A program made the position numbers and the translations under genes. A stretch of 64,000 bases of DNA, taken from the NCBI GenBank assembly GCA_051362555.1, contig CM120648.1, positions 3,592,587 to 3,656,586 on the forward strand, in the 5' to 3' direction. This document shows, piece after piece, positions 12,745 through 26,135 of the stretch; position 1 is the stretch's first letter; every line of letters starts with the position of its first letter. The stretch comes from Lingula anatina (taxonomy: Eukaryota; Animalia; Brachiopoda). Below the pieces are notes generated by a model. The model saw only the letters and a program-made list of their open reading frames with translations, did no database searches and had not been told where the DNA came from.

Positions 12745-15700
12745 CTGGGGTATGTAAATTATAATTAGTAGTTCATTCTCTTTCAATCAAACAGTATCAA
12801 ATTAATTTTTTATGGCAAATAAAGGTGGGTTTTTTTTGTAACTTTTTCATCCAAGTTTACCTCAGGTAGTTTATCATATTTGATGTATATTCAATTTTTT
12901 TCTCAAAGCTGTGAGTACATTCAATGCATTTAAATACCTTTTGCTTTTCACAATAGGACACATGATAAATTTATAGATTCATGCATTAATATTTACACAA
13001 ATATAAAAGCAAAATAAATTTATATTACTAATATGTTACTTATAACTTAATTTTTCTTCATTAAAATGAAATATGTGTTAAAAATAAAATAATATACGTA
13101 AAATACTCCGTAAACATGAATGGTACAGTGAAAACATCTTAGTAGTGATAAATTAGTATAACATAGTATAACAAGTATAAAAGAACAGTGCATCTGTGTG
13201 TTTTTTGACAAAATTCTGAAAAAAAAAGGTGAAGCTGCATGCTGTTCCATTTTTTTTTTTTTTTGTGAGTATTAAGATGATGCTTGGAAAGGGTATTTTG
13301 CAATGCATGGTCTCATGCTGATTTAAATTATAGGACAAAAAAGTGCATATGACTGGATGAAATGACATTTAAGAAGACTTAGAGAAAATATTTCTGAATC
13401 AATTGTGTAACAAATAAAGAAACCATAAATTTTAAATTAAGGTAAATCTGAGCAGTGGTGCATTTGAAGTGGTGACTACATGTGCTGATAAATTATATGC
13501 AGCCCAAATAAGTAACAAGTAGATGTTTAATTGCCAACCTAGAACTGTACTCAGCATAAATGCAAATTATTGGAAAAATTGAAAAAAAAAAGCTGGAGTG
13601 ATGAGTTGCCTATTACATTTTCTTCTACAGAAAATCTAGCACATGTATCAAATCCTTTTTTGTTTTTGGGCACATGTGCTGAAACTCAACTTATGGGTAT
13701 AATGACTGCCAAAACAATTTTTTTAAAGAACCTTTGAAAAATGGGCAAACTTTTCTTCTTGTCTACTGTCAAACGGTTTCTTTTCACTTATCCTGAGTGA
13801 TACTGCATCCACTCCATTATTGCCTGGAACAGTCTTGGTGCTTTTCAAAGTGTCAACATTTGCTGAGATATTTGCACCATCTTCCACTTTACAATGCTTC
13901 TGCTTTTTCTTGCTCATCAACGTCTGATCAAACTTACTCCAGATGTCAGCAGATAAATGTGTCTTACTAGCACCACTACCTATACCAGTATTTCCTGTTG
14001 AAACCCGACTGGATCCTACTGTCACCTGACTGGTTCCTGAATTGTGATCTGACTCCTGAATCTTGACAATGCCTTCTATATTTTCACCTTTTTCATTAGC
14101 ACTGGGGTTTCTGCCAAATTCTTGCAAGTTTCCCTTTTTTGCAAAGTACTGCCTCTCTGTGTTTTGGTTAGACAATGGCTTTGTCAATGCATTTCTGATT
14201 TGACTGCCCTCTATGCATTTGAGGGAAACCATCTGACCAGAGAAGAAGGACACATCTTTCATCATCCCTGGTAGCTTGACGCCAATATTTTGTAGATGTG
14301 GTACCTTGGGCTTGGCCTCTGGGGATGTCCGTCCTTCGGCACTGTTTTTCAGTTGACCTTCTGGTTCACACTGGTGACCACTGGTGGCTGGATGACTGGA
14401 GGAGACATAACGACCTGCCCTCTGTGCCATGTCCTCTGTTAAAAAACCATGCTGGAAATTTCCAGTTTTCTCTGAATAATGATAACTTGGGCCCTTTATA
14501 TGGCTGCGATGGCCTACTTCAGCAGCTATGTCAGACTTTTGATTCAACCGGGATATTTTTGATTCAGAAACACCGCCTTTTGCCATGGCTCCTACATTTG
14601 CTTCTTTCTCCACTGCACAGTTGTTTTTGGCTGGAGCTACATTCCTGTCGGTGAAGCTGTTGGCTCCACTGAACAATCGCATTCTTTCTTGTACAACATT
14701 TCTATTTGCCATTTCATTGATGTCCATCTCTTCTTTAACTAAAACTTTATCATCCCTATTATTCTGGGTATCCAAGTTTTTGGACTTCACGTAATCCTTC
14801 ACAATGCCCCAGTTCTCTTTGGGATCAGTCCTACCTTCCAATTCCTTGTCACTTTTTGTTTCAGACCCTGCTTGTTTGGCCATAGCATTCACTAAGGCAT
14901 TGTGATTACTGTCATGGCTCATCTGAAGGCCTGGTGACACTAAACAATTCTTGTCCATTCTGAAAGCATCCAGATTTGCCACATCTGCCTTTAGAGTCTT
15001 GTTACTGTTTAACTGTTCTGAATTATTACCCCCAAGATTTGCACGTGAGCTTTCCCTGTTGACCCAAGAGCCATATATTTTATTTCTATCATTCCCATTT
15101 TTATCAACATTAGAGGCTTGCTCAAACAAAGAAATTTTAGCTCCAAGATTAGGGTATGGGCTTTCCGGAGATGAAGTGGCTGATGAAGATGGAGTTTGCT
15201 GCCCATACAGCAATCGCTCTGCTTCATTCAATTTTTTAGGCGGTTTGACCCACAACTGTTCACGGGTGTCAAGATTTTCCCTTTTCCAGTCATTTCTGGG
15301 GCTATTTTCAATTGTCTTATCATATGACTCTTTTTCAAGAATCATAACTTCTTTCTCAGGTCTTGCCTTAACCGTGTCTTGTTTCTTGTTCCAACTTTCA
15401 ATACTTTTATCCTCTGTAAGCCCAACCTTTTCTCCTTGAATGCCGTATCTATCTTTTTTAATTACATTGGTTACTGATGATTGTTCTTGTTTGCTGTAAG
15501 CACTGTTAGACAAAACTATGTTACCCCGGTTTTCATCTAATACCTTCTGACCATTATCTGTTTCAATGTGTCCCTTATGAGGAAAGTCAGCACTTTTCCC
15601 TTGCCATCCTTTTTGACTGTGAACACTGCCAATGCCCATATTTTCTTGACCAGTGCCCTTCCCTCCCATGTTTACTTGACCCATGGCCATCTTTCCTTGA

Positions 15701-18700
15701 CCATTGTCACCCTTGGCCAGACCAGCAGCAGTCACCAAACTCTGCCCAGCACCCGTTGTTCTCACAGAAGTAGATTTTACAGCAGCACTACTATTGGCCG
15801 ACATAACATAGTGCTCATCCCCGTGATGAGGTTTCAGGTGGAGTTGACCAGAGGATGAAGACTTCCTGATTTTTGTCTTGTCTGCAGCGAGCACCATCCC
15901 ATTTCCATCTACTTTAACAACTGGCTGTACAGAACCCAATGTCACCTCAGAAGTTCTCGTCTTCATCATTTTCTCAAGCTCAAATATGCTCTTGTGGGTT
16001 TTACCCCCACCACCACCAGCACCATCCCTGGCCACACTCTGTCTATAGGCTGGCTTGGATGCTGTTTGCGTTTGTGGAACCCCCTGTACATAAGAACTTG
16101 TATGTCTCACAGTGGTCTTTTGGATATGGAGGTTTGGAGATTCGATGAGGTCATTCCTGCTGGTGGGGTTTATTTTACCATAATCATCCGCTGTCTTTTT
16201 TCTATCCTGACTGGCAGAATCAATTTGTCTGTGGTGCATGCAATTCTGTTTGTTGTCTATGGAGGCTGTTTGTTGGTCACTGAGTGGCCTCTTTGACCGT
16301 ATGTGATCAGCATCTACATCCATCTTTATATCTACCCTCGTTATACCACTCCACTCAGTGCCTGCACCAGTGCTGCCACCTACAGTTGTGCCGGCTTCAT
16401 TTCCTGCACCAGTTCTGAATGAATTCCAAGCTCCTACACTGGTGGTGCCAATTATAACTTGTGTACCATTGGCGCCAATTTTAACCTCTGGATCTGCACA
16501 ATCTCTCTGAATACTTGCTGGATATTGTGACTGATTTTTATCAGAATGACCAGCTGCACCGTGTGCAGAAACTAAATTAGCAGGTGCTTTGAAGTTTGTA
16601 AAATCAGACTCCTCACCCTCCTCCTGTATAGCAAGCTTTGGTTATAAGATAAAAAAGGATCAATTTCTAAATGTGTATTAACGCAGTGATATATCATGTA
16701 CCTATGTAAAAACATGAAAAAGTGATACCAATTCAGACATCTTTACATTGAAATATCTTTTATAACTAAGTTTATAATACAATAAAAATATCTTTTATTT
16801 GAAACATTTGCTTCACCAAAGCATTGCATATCTGAAACAAAACAATTAAGATCATAAATGTGCCATCCAATATCTGAAAGTGACATTTTACGAGGATTAA
16901 CACTTTCAGTCGTGTTTTTGAGTAGTTTTTTCAGCAATAATTTGAATAAAATCATGCCTGCTGTAAACTGTACAATTTCTATCTGAACTCTTCCAAAAGA
17001 CTGAAAATATCCCACCCATCACTGAGTGACTTACTGGCTTTTCAAACTGCTCCACTGCACCATGCTGTAATTTGTTAGGCTTTGGTTTGGTGTTCACAGG
17101 AGACTGGGATCTGGAGGTGGACGCACTGGGGCTGATGAAGACTGTCTTGGTTACAGGCTTGCCCAGTACTGTGCTGCCTCCTACAGTCTAAAGTAAGGCC
17201 AGAGGTCAGATTTGTCTGATACCATCATACATGTCTTCAAACGAGGAAAGCACCATACATTTTTATTCATATTATACATGTAAAGGAATAAGCTGGTAGA
17301 ACTGACAGAACTTTTTTTTCCAAAGTCATAGCTTTCAAAAAAAATATTCTGCAAGTCCTGTTATCAGTTGCTGCAACTGAAGAAACAGGTACATTATATT
17401 GGGGTATGACTTGATGAATTAAGAAATATGAAAATGGCAAAATGATACTTTGTATCAACCATCAACCTAATTATAATACCTCTTCTCTGGATGCCTTGTC
17501 AATTCCCAACTGTGCGTCAAGCTCTGCCAGTCTTCTCGTCCTGCGCAATCCCATGATTCCACTGGAGGCTTTCAGTTCTGCGATAAGATTCTCAGCACTC
17601 GAGGAGCCAGCGCTAGAGCTGGTAGACATACCTCTGCTGTGGCCAGATGACTGAAAGGGCTCTTCAAATCTGTTAGGCCTGAGGCAAGAATTAAGAAATA
17701 AATAATAAAATATCTATAATTACATAAATACAAATGAAAAAACATTACACATTGACAAACATGTGAAATTACAAAACATCTGGTGATGACATTGTATGGC
17801 TAATTGGATGTTTCTTGGTGAACATGGCAAAATGTTCATATTAATTTCATTTTGTAAAATGTTCAGACTGCTAAACCAGAGTTTAATTTGGTCATCGACT
17901 GATAACATTTAAAGCTAAATATATCACATACCTTATAGCTTTAGTTGCTCCCTCCTTCTCAATTGGTGTTGGTGCTGGGGGTGGGGGTGGGGGTGGGGGT
18001 GGAGGTGGTGGTGGTGGTGGTGCCTGGACTGTAGGTGAAAGGGCAGCACCAGTTGTCTTCACTGGTGAGTAAGGGGGTGGGGGCGGAGAACCCAGTGGTG
18101 GTGATGTTGGGGATTGTGTGGAGGAGGAAGGAGGAGGAGAGGAGGGAGGAGGTGGCCAGGCAATGTGGAGGGGTTTGATGTCATGCTGGAGCTTGCGCTG
18201 AGGAGAGCTGGTCTCTCTTACATTTCGAAAATTATTTTTATCCTGGCTCACTTCATTCTTCTCTTTTATTTGATCTATCTTCTTGTCTGTTTCCCTTGTG
18301 GTGTGACCTTGGTATTGAGCTTGACCTTGACCTTTGGTGTGACCTCGACCTTGATTGTTCTCCATTGTTTTTCTGTCAAGAGTCACAATGGCATTAGCAT
18401 AGTCATCCAGTCCTGGGGGATAGTCTTCTCCTGATGATGACAAAATGGAAAATTTCCGTGTCAATCCCAAACCATTGTTTTCAGTAACAGGGGCCGCTTC
18501 TGAACTCGATGAGCTGCTGGCGATATAACCATTTTGAATTTGCGATGATGTGCTGATAGATGTATTAGAGGTGGAAAAGTCACTGCCCAAAACTTCAGAA
18601 CTGAACTTGTTGTGACCTTGACTCTGACCTTGACCTTGAGATTTTGGCATTATGCCAAAATTAGGGAAACGCGGAGGAGGGGAGTCTGGTGGTGGAGGGA

Positions 18701-21700
18701 TGTTGCTACTCACTGAAGGCCTCACATGTCCGTTTACAGTCCTTGGGTTCTCTGTGTGGACAACCGCTTCTACTGCAAAAAAATTCAAATTCAAATTTAA
18801 CATTTTATCAATGGTAGGCACTACATGTATGTATCTGAATTCAAGCTACACATGAATTATGTATAGTAATATTAATGAGAAAGTGTGTGTATGTGTGCGT
18901 GCATGTGTTTGTCTGTTATGCGATTGTTAAAACAATATGCATCAAACCTCTGTAAACAGATATCCATGAAAACATTACAGTATGTATACCTTGCAGTTAC
19001 ATATTTCATATGCCTAATATAAAACAGCTACCCAGTAAAAAGGTAAAATATCACAAATATAACAACATTTTACAATATTACATATCATTACAAGCTGTTG
19101 CAATCTACCTTTGAATGAGTACACTACTATAATTTCTTTCTTTAACAAAAAGAAAAAATACTGGAGTCTATGCCATAGTATAAGAATATCATACCTGTGA
19201 TTTTTTTGTGGGAACTAGAAACTGAAGTTACCTAAAAAGTAAAGGTGATATTTCTATTAGCTACATGTATTTTAAGTAAACACACTCAAACCGGTGTTCT
19301 AGCATTACAACTTTGTCAAATAATTTTGCTTTACCATATGTACAGGTAACCATGAATCAGTAGACTAAGTCTGATCTAGAAATCAGCATCATGTGAACTA
19401 GAATCACACCAAAGTTGAACAGAATTCCTGATGGTCTTATCAAATAAGCTGACCCAATAAATAAATTAACTTTTTGATTAAATAGTATATAGCATTATGT
19501 AGAATATATTAAGCAATGTTTTATCATTTTTTCAATCCCTTTAAAAAATTTTGTACAATTCTGGATCCCCATTTACGCTTCAACTGCTGAGTCTAAACCT
19601 GCCTATAACTGTTGTCCACTGCCAGTTTTTGATGACCATATGTGAGTGGAGTGTTGTCAACACAGATTGATGGTACTATAATACACAGCTGCTGTTGCTG
19701 CTGCTGTTGTTGTTACTGTCATGTAAGAAACAGCTGCTGTTGTGGTTTTATACTGCATGTACATACTAGGACTGTTATAGTATCAGCATGGTGTGTGTGT
19801 GTGTGTGTGTTTGTGTGTTTTAATGTATGACTTGAGAAGCAGTTAAGCATGTTTGTGTGTGTGTACAGTGTTTGTCAGAGTGCATGAGAGTGAAAGAATA
19901 ATTACGTGGTGCATGTTTTTTCGTATGTATCATAATCCAAATCATGCCATATAATGTTTTCTATAGCCTTCACATGACATCATAATTGTAGTGTTAATGA
20001 ATTTTAAAACAACATCAATGAATTAAAAATATATATATAAAATTGCAGTAGTCAATGTTTCATATCTAAATTCAAGTTTCAAGGTCACTTATTTTTCTTT
20101 ACAAATATTTTTGAATTCTTGTAAAAACTATCAAAAGAATACCAAAAGGCAAACACGAGATGTGTGCCATCTTTTTATCAATTACTGTCAAAATTAAATA
20201 TACTTATAAAACCCACTTCAGTCAATATATTTAATTTGATAATGTTATTAAGTAAATTTATAAATTAAATATAATAAGCAGTGCCAATCAATAAGATTGT
20301 CTGAAAAATTAAAATCAACAAACTAAAATTTGAACTTCCCCATTAGTTTAAATATTAGTGTTTACATATTGCCATAGTAACAGCACATAATGGTTACTGT
20401 ATATTAGCTATTATATTAATAAATACATAAACAGTAAGTTAAATCTACTTTAAGAGCTACTAGTAAGTTAGTCATTGACTTTTTTTAATAATGTTAAAGT
20501 GCCTAGCATATTCTCCTTGATAATCATATATACTTGGCAGAAAAAGTTAGTAATGTTAAGGATATAAAAAGTTAAAGGCTCATGTCTAAAATACCAATGT
20601 TAGAGGTCAATCGATCCAGATACAATTAATTTATAAAAATAATAAAGATTGTTATCTTCTTATAACAGGAAAAAGAATGAAGAATTATTGAGTGTTTAAG
20701 GGTTGGCAAACATTTGGCTTTTTGCATAATAGTTAGATAACTCCAAAACAACACAAAAATATGCTTGTGATTTGAAATGCCTTACTCCAGACGAGTCTTT
20801 TGAAATAAAAACCTGGTGCTCTTGGTCTGAAAATATGACAAACAAGTGCAATCATAATACTGACCAGTGTCAAAATTGCAGAAAAAGCAAAATAGACACT
20901 TAAAAGCAATGTCATACTACTGGTTCTTTTCTTCTTTTTTCTCATTTTCTGTTTTTCATTTCTTTCTTTCTTTCTTTCTTTTTTTTTTTTAATAGTTTTT
21001 TTGAATGGTAGAATAAGCCAATATCTGACAGAGCCATTAATGATAATATATAATGATTTGGACCATATTCCTGAGTTCTTAATTGATTTTTGGCATAAAG
21101 ACATGCAAAAGTGCAATTCATATATAACAGATAAATTGGGTGAATATCAATTTCATTCACTACTAAACTCAACGATATGTAGCAACATTGCCAACACTCT
21201 GTTATAGCTCTTTTCTTAATTAAGGACATCATCCTTTACTCCTCTCCCATTGTACTACACTTTATAATGTGCCTCATCATCCCTTAATTCCCCCCTTCCT
21301 TCCCAAGATCTATTCTATAAAGACATTAAAGAGACATTCACACTAGACTTCAACAGACCGAACCTCATTCCACTAAAATTATAACAGCAGTAGCATAGCA
21401 GAATCAGACCAAACCTGTGACCAAACGGCTTTCCATAATCAAACTGGGTAAAAACATTTTTTTCCACATAGGAGACTTCCACTTGAATATGAAATCAATC
21501 AATCTGATTACAATATAAGGACATATTCAGATCTAATCAGGTCTGGCCTATAGGGATTGGCTCCAGTGTAATTATACCATGGGTCTATGCGATGCTTCAG
21601 TTTGATATATTGCCTGTAATGGCGCATTTGCATGATGGCATGACAAAAGTTTTCACCCATTGGCAATTGGTATTATATCATGTACTTAATCTTGCTACTT

Positions 21701-24700
21701 TTCTTCGAGTTCAAAAATCTATAAAATAGCTTTATACATGTATGTTAATATTTTTAAAAATGAGCTTGCATGTTGAAACGGCATAAGGTCCTGCAATGAA
21801 TTTTTTATCATTACTTTTTTTTCTGCTGTATCATACAATGTCATAATTTTTGTGCCATTTATTTTACACTGATACAACCTTTGTCTCTTATAATATAGTA
21901 TTTAACATTTCAGACATAAGCATATGGTTTTCTACCCCACTTCAATTTATCTGTTTTCCATTTTCACCTTAGAAACGTTGCTTCTTACTTAACAAAGAAC
22001 TTGTTACTTAAACCAAAAAGTGTTCTCATTGTTTAGAAATCCATTTTTAAAAGTTTTGATCATTTAATGCTTTAACAAAAAAAAAGACAATTACCTGATT
22101 TCCAGTTCTACCATTCAGGAGGTCAGCACACTGAAAATACCCACATTTCTCAGCCAACATGGCTGCTGTGAGGCCCTCATTGTCAGTGATGGTGGTATTG
22201 GCTTTATGTTCAAGAAGAATGCGGATACACTGAAATATAAATGGAAGAAATGGAAATTATATGAAGATATCAATGTTCAAAAATAGCAGGTTGTCTGTCA
22301 GAAGCCAATGATGACTAGATCTGGACACTAAACAGTGGAAATGCAAATTACTTTGGAACTGAAAGTTAGAAATTAACACACACATGGTTCCACAGATGTT
22401 ACAGGGAAGGGTTAATGTAGCCTTTTTCCTAAATGAAAGTGTAATGTGTACTTGAATGATCTAAGATAAAAACCTTTTTGAAAAATCAAGATGCTGGAAA
22501 CACATCAGTTGTTACTCACAGCTGGCTTCCCATACAATTTATGGTACAGATTCCCATGCACTTATTCTGGTCTTATTTTGTAAGTTTATATTGCATTAAT
22601 ATTATTTATATTAAAGGAATAGATCTACCTATTTCAAGTTCTGTACTTTTGGCAACCTTAGTAGGCACTAAAGATAAATAGCACCAAAATTCACACTCTA
22701 CTCTTTGTGTTTCCAGATGATGTACTGGTATAAATTTCAAGGTTCAGAATTGTTGACTGCAACTTAGCCTTTACCAGCTGATGCAAAATAACAGAGCTTA
22801 ATTTTAAGAAATCTCTGAAACTCTGGGCACTATAAACGATTATCCTCACATCTGACAAAGCAATATATACATCACTAGTACAGGTATATCCTGATCTGTT
22901 TACAAATATCTTTTCTGAAGGACTACATTAATTGTTAGAACTTACAATGTTATCAGCATCAATGGATGGCATTGAAGTAATGACAGTGATATACGACTTT
23001 TGCATAATCCAAGCTGTGTGCAATAAATTGGTTTGGTGACATTTCCGAGCCATTTAAAATTCAGAATGACAGAAATGCCAGATTATCTAACTAAATCTTA
23101 CCTGTAATCAGACACTGTAAGACTAAATGGTAAAACATTATACTCCCAACATCCTCAGTCAATATAAAATCTATTTTCGTAAAATAAAAGATGATAACCA
23201 ACTATGATGCCCTTATACAGACTGTCATATCAATGTGTAGTTTCCAAATATAATGTCAATACCCAGACACAAGGAGCTGTGGTCTAACTTGAACCAATGA
23301 CGTAATTAATCACCCAGCAAATCCAGTTTCGAAGAACATTTCCATACTGAATATTACACAATCAATACACCGTTCTGAGCAGTGCTGACAATCTCAGAGA
23401 ATCTTTGCCCATGTGGGCTGATAAATTGCACTGTTACTATGGTTACCAATACGCCTAGTTCACAGAGAACAGGTGTGTTACATTTGTGTCACAAGTCTTC
23501 AGTATGGTAACAGTGCTGTAGTGTCATAAAGAAACCATTCTGGAACAAACATTTCCACTGTCATTTCCTCTTAAAGCACGTCATCAAATTTCACTGGGAG
23601 CTCCCCGAGGTAGCCGAGCAATGGGTTTGTTCCAAGAACTTGACTCCAGAAAAAATCCTGTGTTTCACAGCACTCGTAGTAAACAACTCATAAATGACAG
23701 CTCCAGGAAATGTATTAAATGTCAAACTGAAATAACCCATTCAGCATATCACACTTTTACTAGTAGTAGAGATATGTCCTTGAAAATGACATACGGATCA
23801 TCAATGCACTGGTCACCAGAAATAACACTGTGACAACGCCCCAAACACAGGGAACGAGTCCACTTCACAGGGCAATGGTCACCAGTTGGTCCTGCCCTGG
23901 CAGCACTACCATACACTGGTTCCAGGTGATGTATTATGTATGGGGAGGCTCAAGGAGAGGGATACTGGCATTGCGACAGCTTAATCTATGTTTCTTAATT
24001 GACAGGTAAAGTATACTGCTCAGGCCTGTAACCAGCAAATTTCAAAGGGGTTCCTTTCTTTCTAAAGAAAAAACTGCCTCTTTTCACCCCCTTAATTGAC
24101 CCAATATAAAACATGGCATATCTACCAGATATTTTTATTTTAACATATGCCAAATAACAATTTATATTACTTTTAATGTGATATGACTTATTTTATTATT
24201 ATATAATTTTTCAATCCATCTTGCTTCTTTGTGAAGCTTTCATTTCTTCTCTAATTACTGATTTTGCAAAACTTAGATTCTTTTTCCATATTTTTACATT
24301 TCCACAGTTCTATATTACTATTTCTTTTTCCATATTTTTACATTTCCACAGTTCTATATTACTATGTCCCTAAACATCTTTTACATTTTTAAAACAATCA
24401 CTTTTACAAAACAAGAAATGAAATAAGCATAGTTATGCTAACAATCAGTGAGCATTTTTATCAGTGATACTAAAACAAAAGATAATTTCCGTTCATTTTA
24501 ATCTTAAAACATCTCTTAAAAACCCACCTCATAGTATCTAATTCCTGATTTAACCCCCTTCTCCACCCTCCCACTTTTCTATAACATATATATATATCCA
24601 TCACGTCTCCTGCAATAGTCATGCAATGGCCCCATTCTACCTTTCAATTATTCATCAAATATTGGACTTCATTCCAGACTGCCTTTCACTGCCTTGGCCA

Positions 24701-26064
24701 CAGACAGCACAAAGATTAAGTCTATCAGAAACAGGTGCTCTGTCATCTCGCTCCACCCTGAAGTTCATAGCTTATCAAAGAGGTGATCTTAAAGTCAGCA
24801 TCCCATCTGTGCTCTGTCATCCCAATCTACCGAGTTTCAGAATTTATTAAGAATCTGATCTCTAAAACCAGTATCCTTTCGGTGCTCTGTCATCTCACTG
24901 AGATGAGTTACAGAGTTTATTAAAACCTGCAACCTTTAGTTCCCATTTCATAAATAAATATATATCTGTCAGAATACTGTCAGAAATGGAGAATGGATCA
25001 AGAAAGATAATAATGGAAGGCTGTCAGAAAATATGTTTGGATCCACCCCTGTTCACATTCCTGTAGTCTAAACCTTATAAATACAATAATATTACATAAT
25101 TCATCTCAGAACTATTACTTACCTCTAGCTGACCATGCAATGCAGCATCATGTAGTGGACTTCCTCCCAGATGGTCAAGAGTGACCAGGGCACCATGGTC
25201 CAGCAGCCATCTTGCCGTACTCTCATGCCCCTGACTGACCGCGAAGTGGAGGGGAGTTGACCCGCTGAAGTCGCGGTCATCTGCACTTTCATGGTGATCA
25301 AGAATCTATCAGACAAAAGGCAAAAAAGTTAATAATTAACAGACGAGCTCTGAGGAACCACATCTTGAAAACAGGTGCTGCTTTTAAATGATTTGGCAGT
25401 GCAATATATCATATGATTCTGACTTGACATATATGTAGTCTTCGCCTAAATCATTTTCAATGAAGTGGAAATTTTCACCTTTATTTTTCAAATTAAGTGG
25501 AAGTCTTCACCTAAAAAATTTCAAAGTACTAGTAAGAGAAAGTCATGACCTAAAACTTTGATGCTTTTATCATTTAACAGCACCTTAAAACAATGGGATT
25601 ATTATTATTATTATTATAGTTGTAGTAGTAGTAGTAGACTTAGTAGTAGTATCGGACATTATCAAATCAAAATCACTGATAGGTAGCTGCATCAATCCTA
25701 CAACCACTACTTACCAGCCATATCAGGCATGTTAACTGCCCCATTTGCGCGGCAGCATGCACACACGACATGCCATCATATGCACGGATCTTGGTGGTTG
25801 CGCGGTGATGGATAAGGTAGCGAAGCACTTCAAGATGGCCGCCCTGAGCTGCCAGATAGGCCGCTGTGGTGCCGTTCTGGGTCTGCATGTTGACAGTTCT
25901 GAAATATGGTGATTGACAGGAGTTTTTATCACGTGTAATTATTATGATGATAAGAAGTAAAGCATAATTTATCTAAAAAGAGTACTAGTAAACTTTTTTG
26001 AGGCCGAACATTGAACACACAGCCTCCATTTCATCTGCTTGGCTTACAATTAAAACACAAGGTT

Positions 26065-26135
<71 letters not shown>

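Noticed and set aside
14298-16296. Several plus-strand ORFs of 69-162 aa
   Set aside because: They are antisense shadows of the long minus-strand espin exon.
19599-19675. Possible extra espin exon (PSICVDNTPLTYGHQKLAVDNSYRQ)
   Set aside because: It needs a phase-1 upstream donor, but the preceding exon ends in phase 0, and its donor GTTTAG is weak. It would be plausible only with an unseen alternative upstream exon.
20786-20826. Possible extra espin micro-exon (acceptor ttttcag, donor GA|GTAAGG)
   Set aside because: Its phase cannot be reconciled with the flanking exons and it has no recognisable protein similarity.
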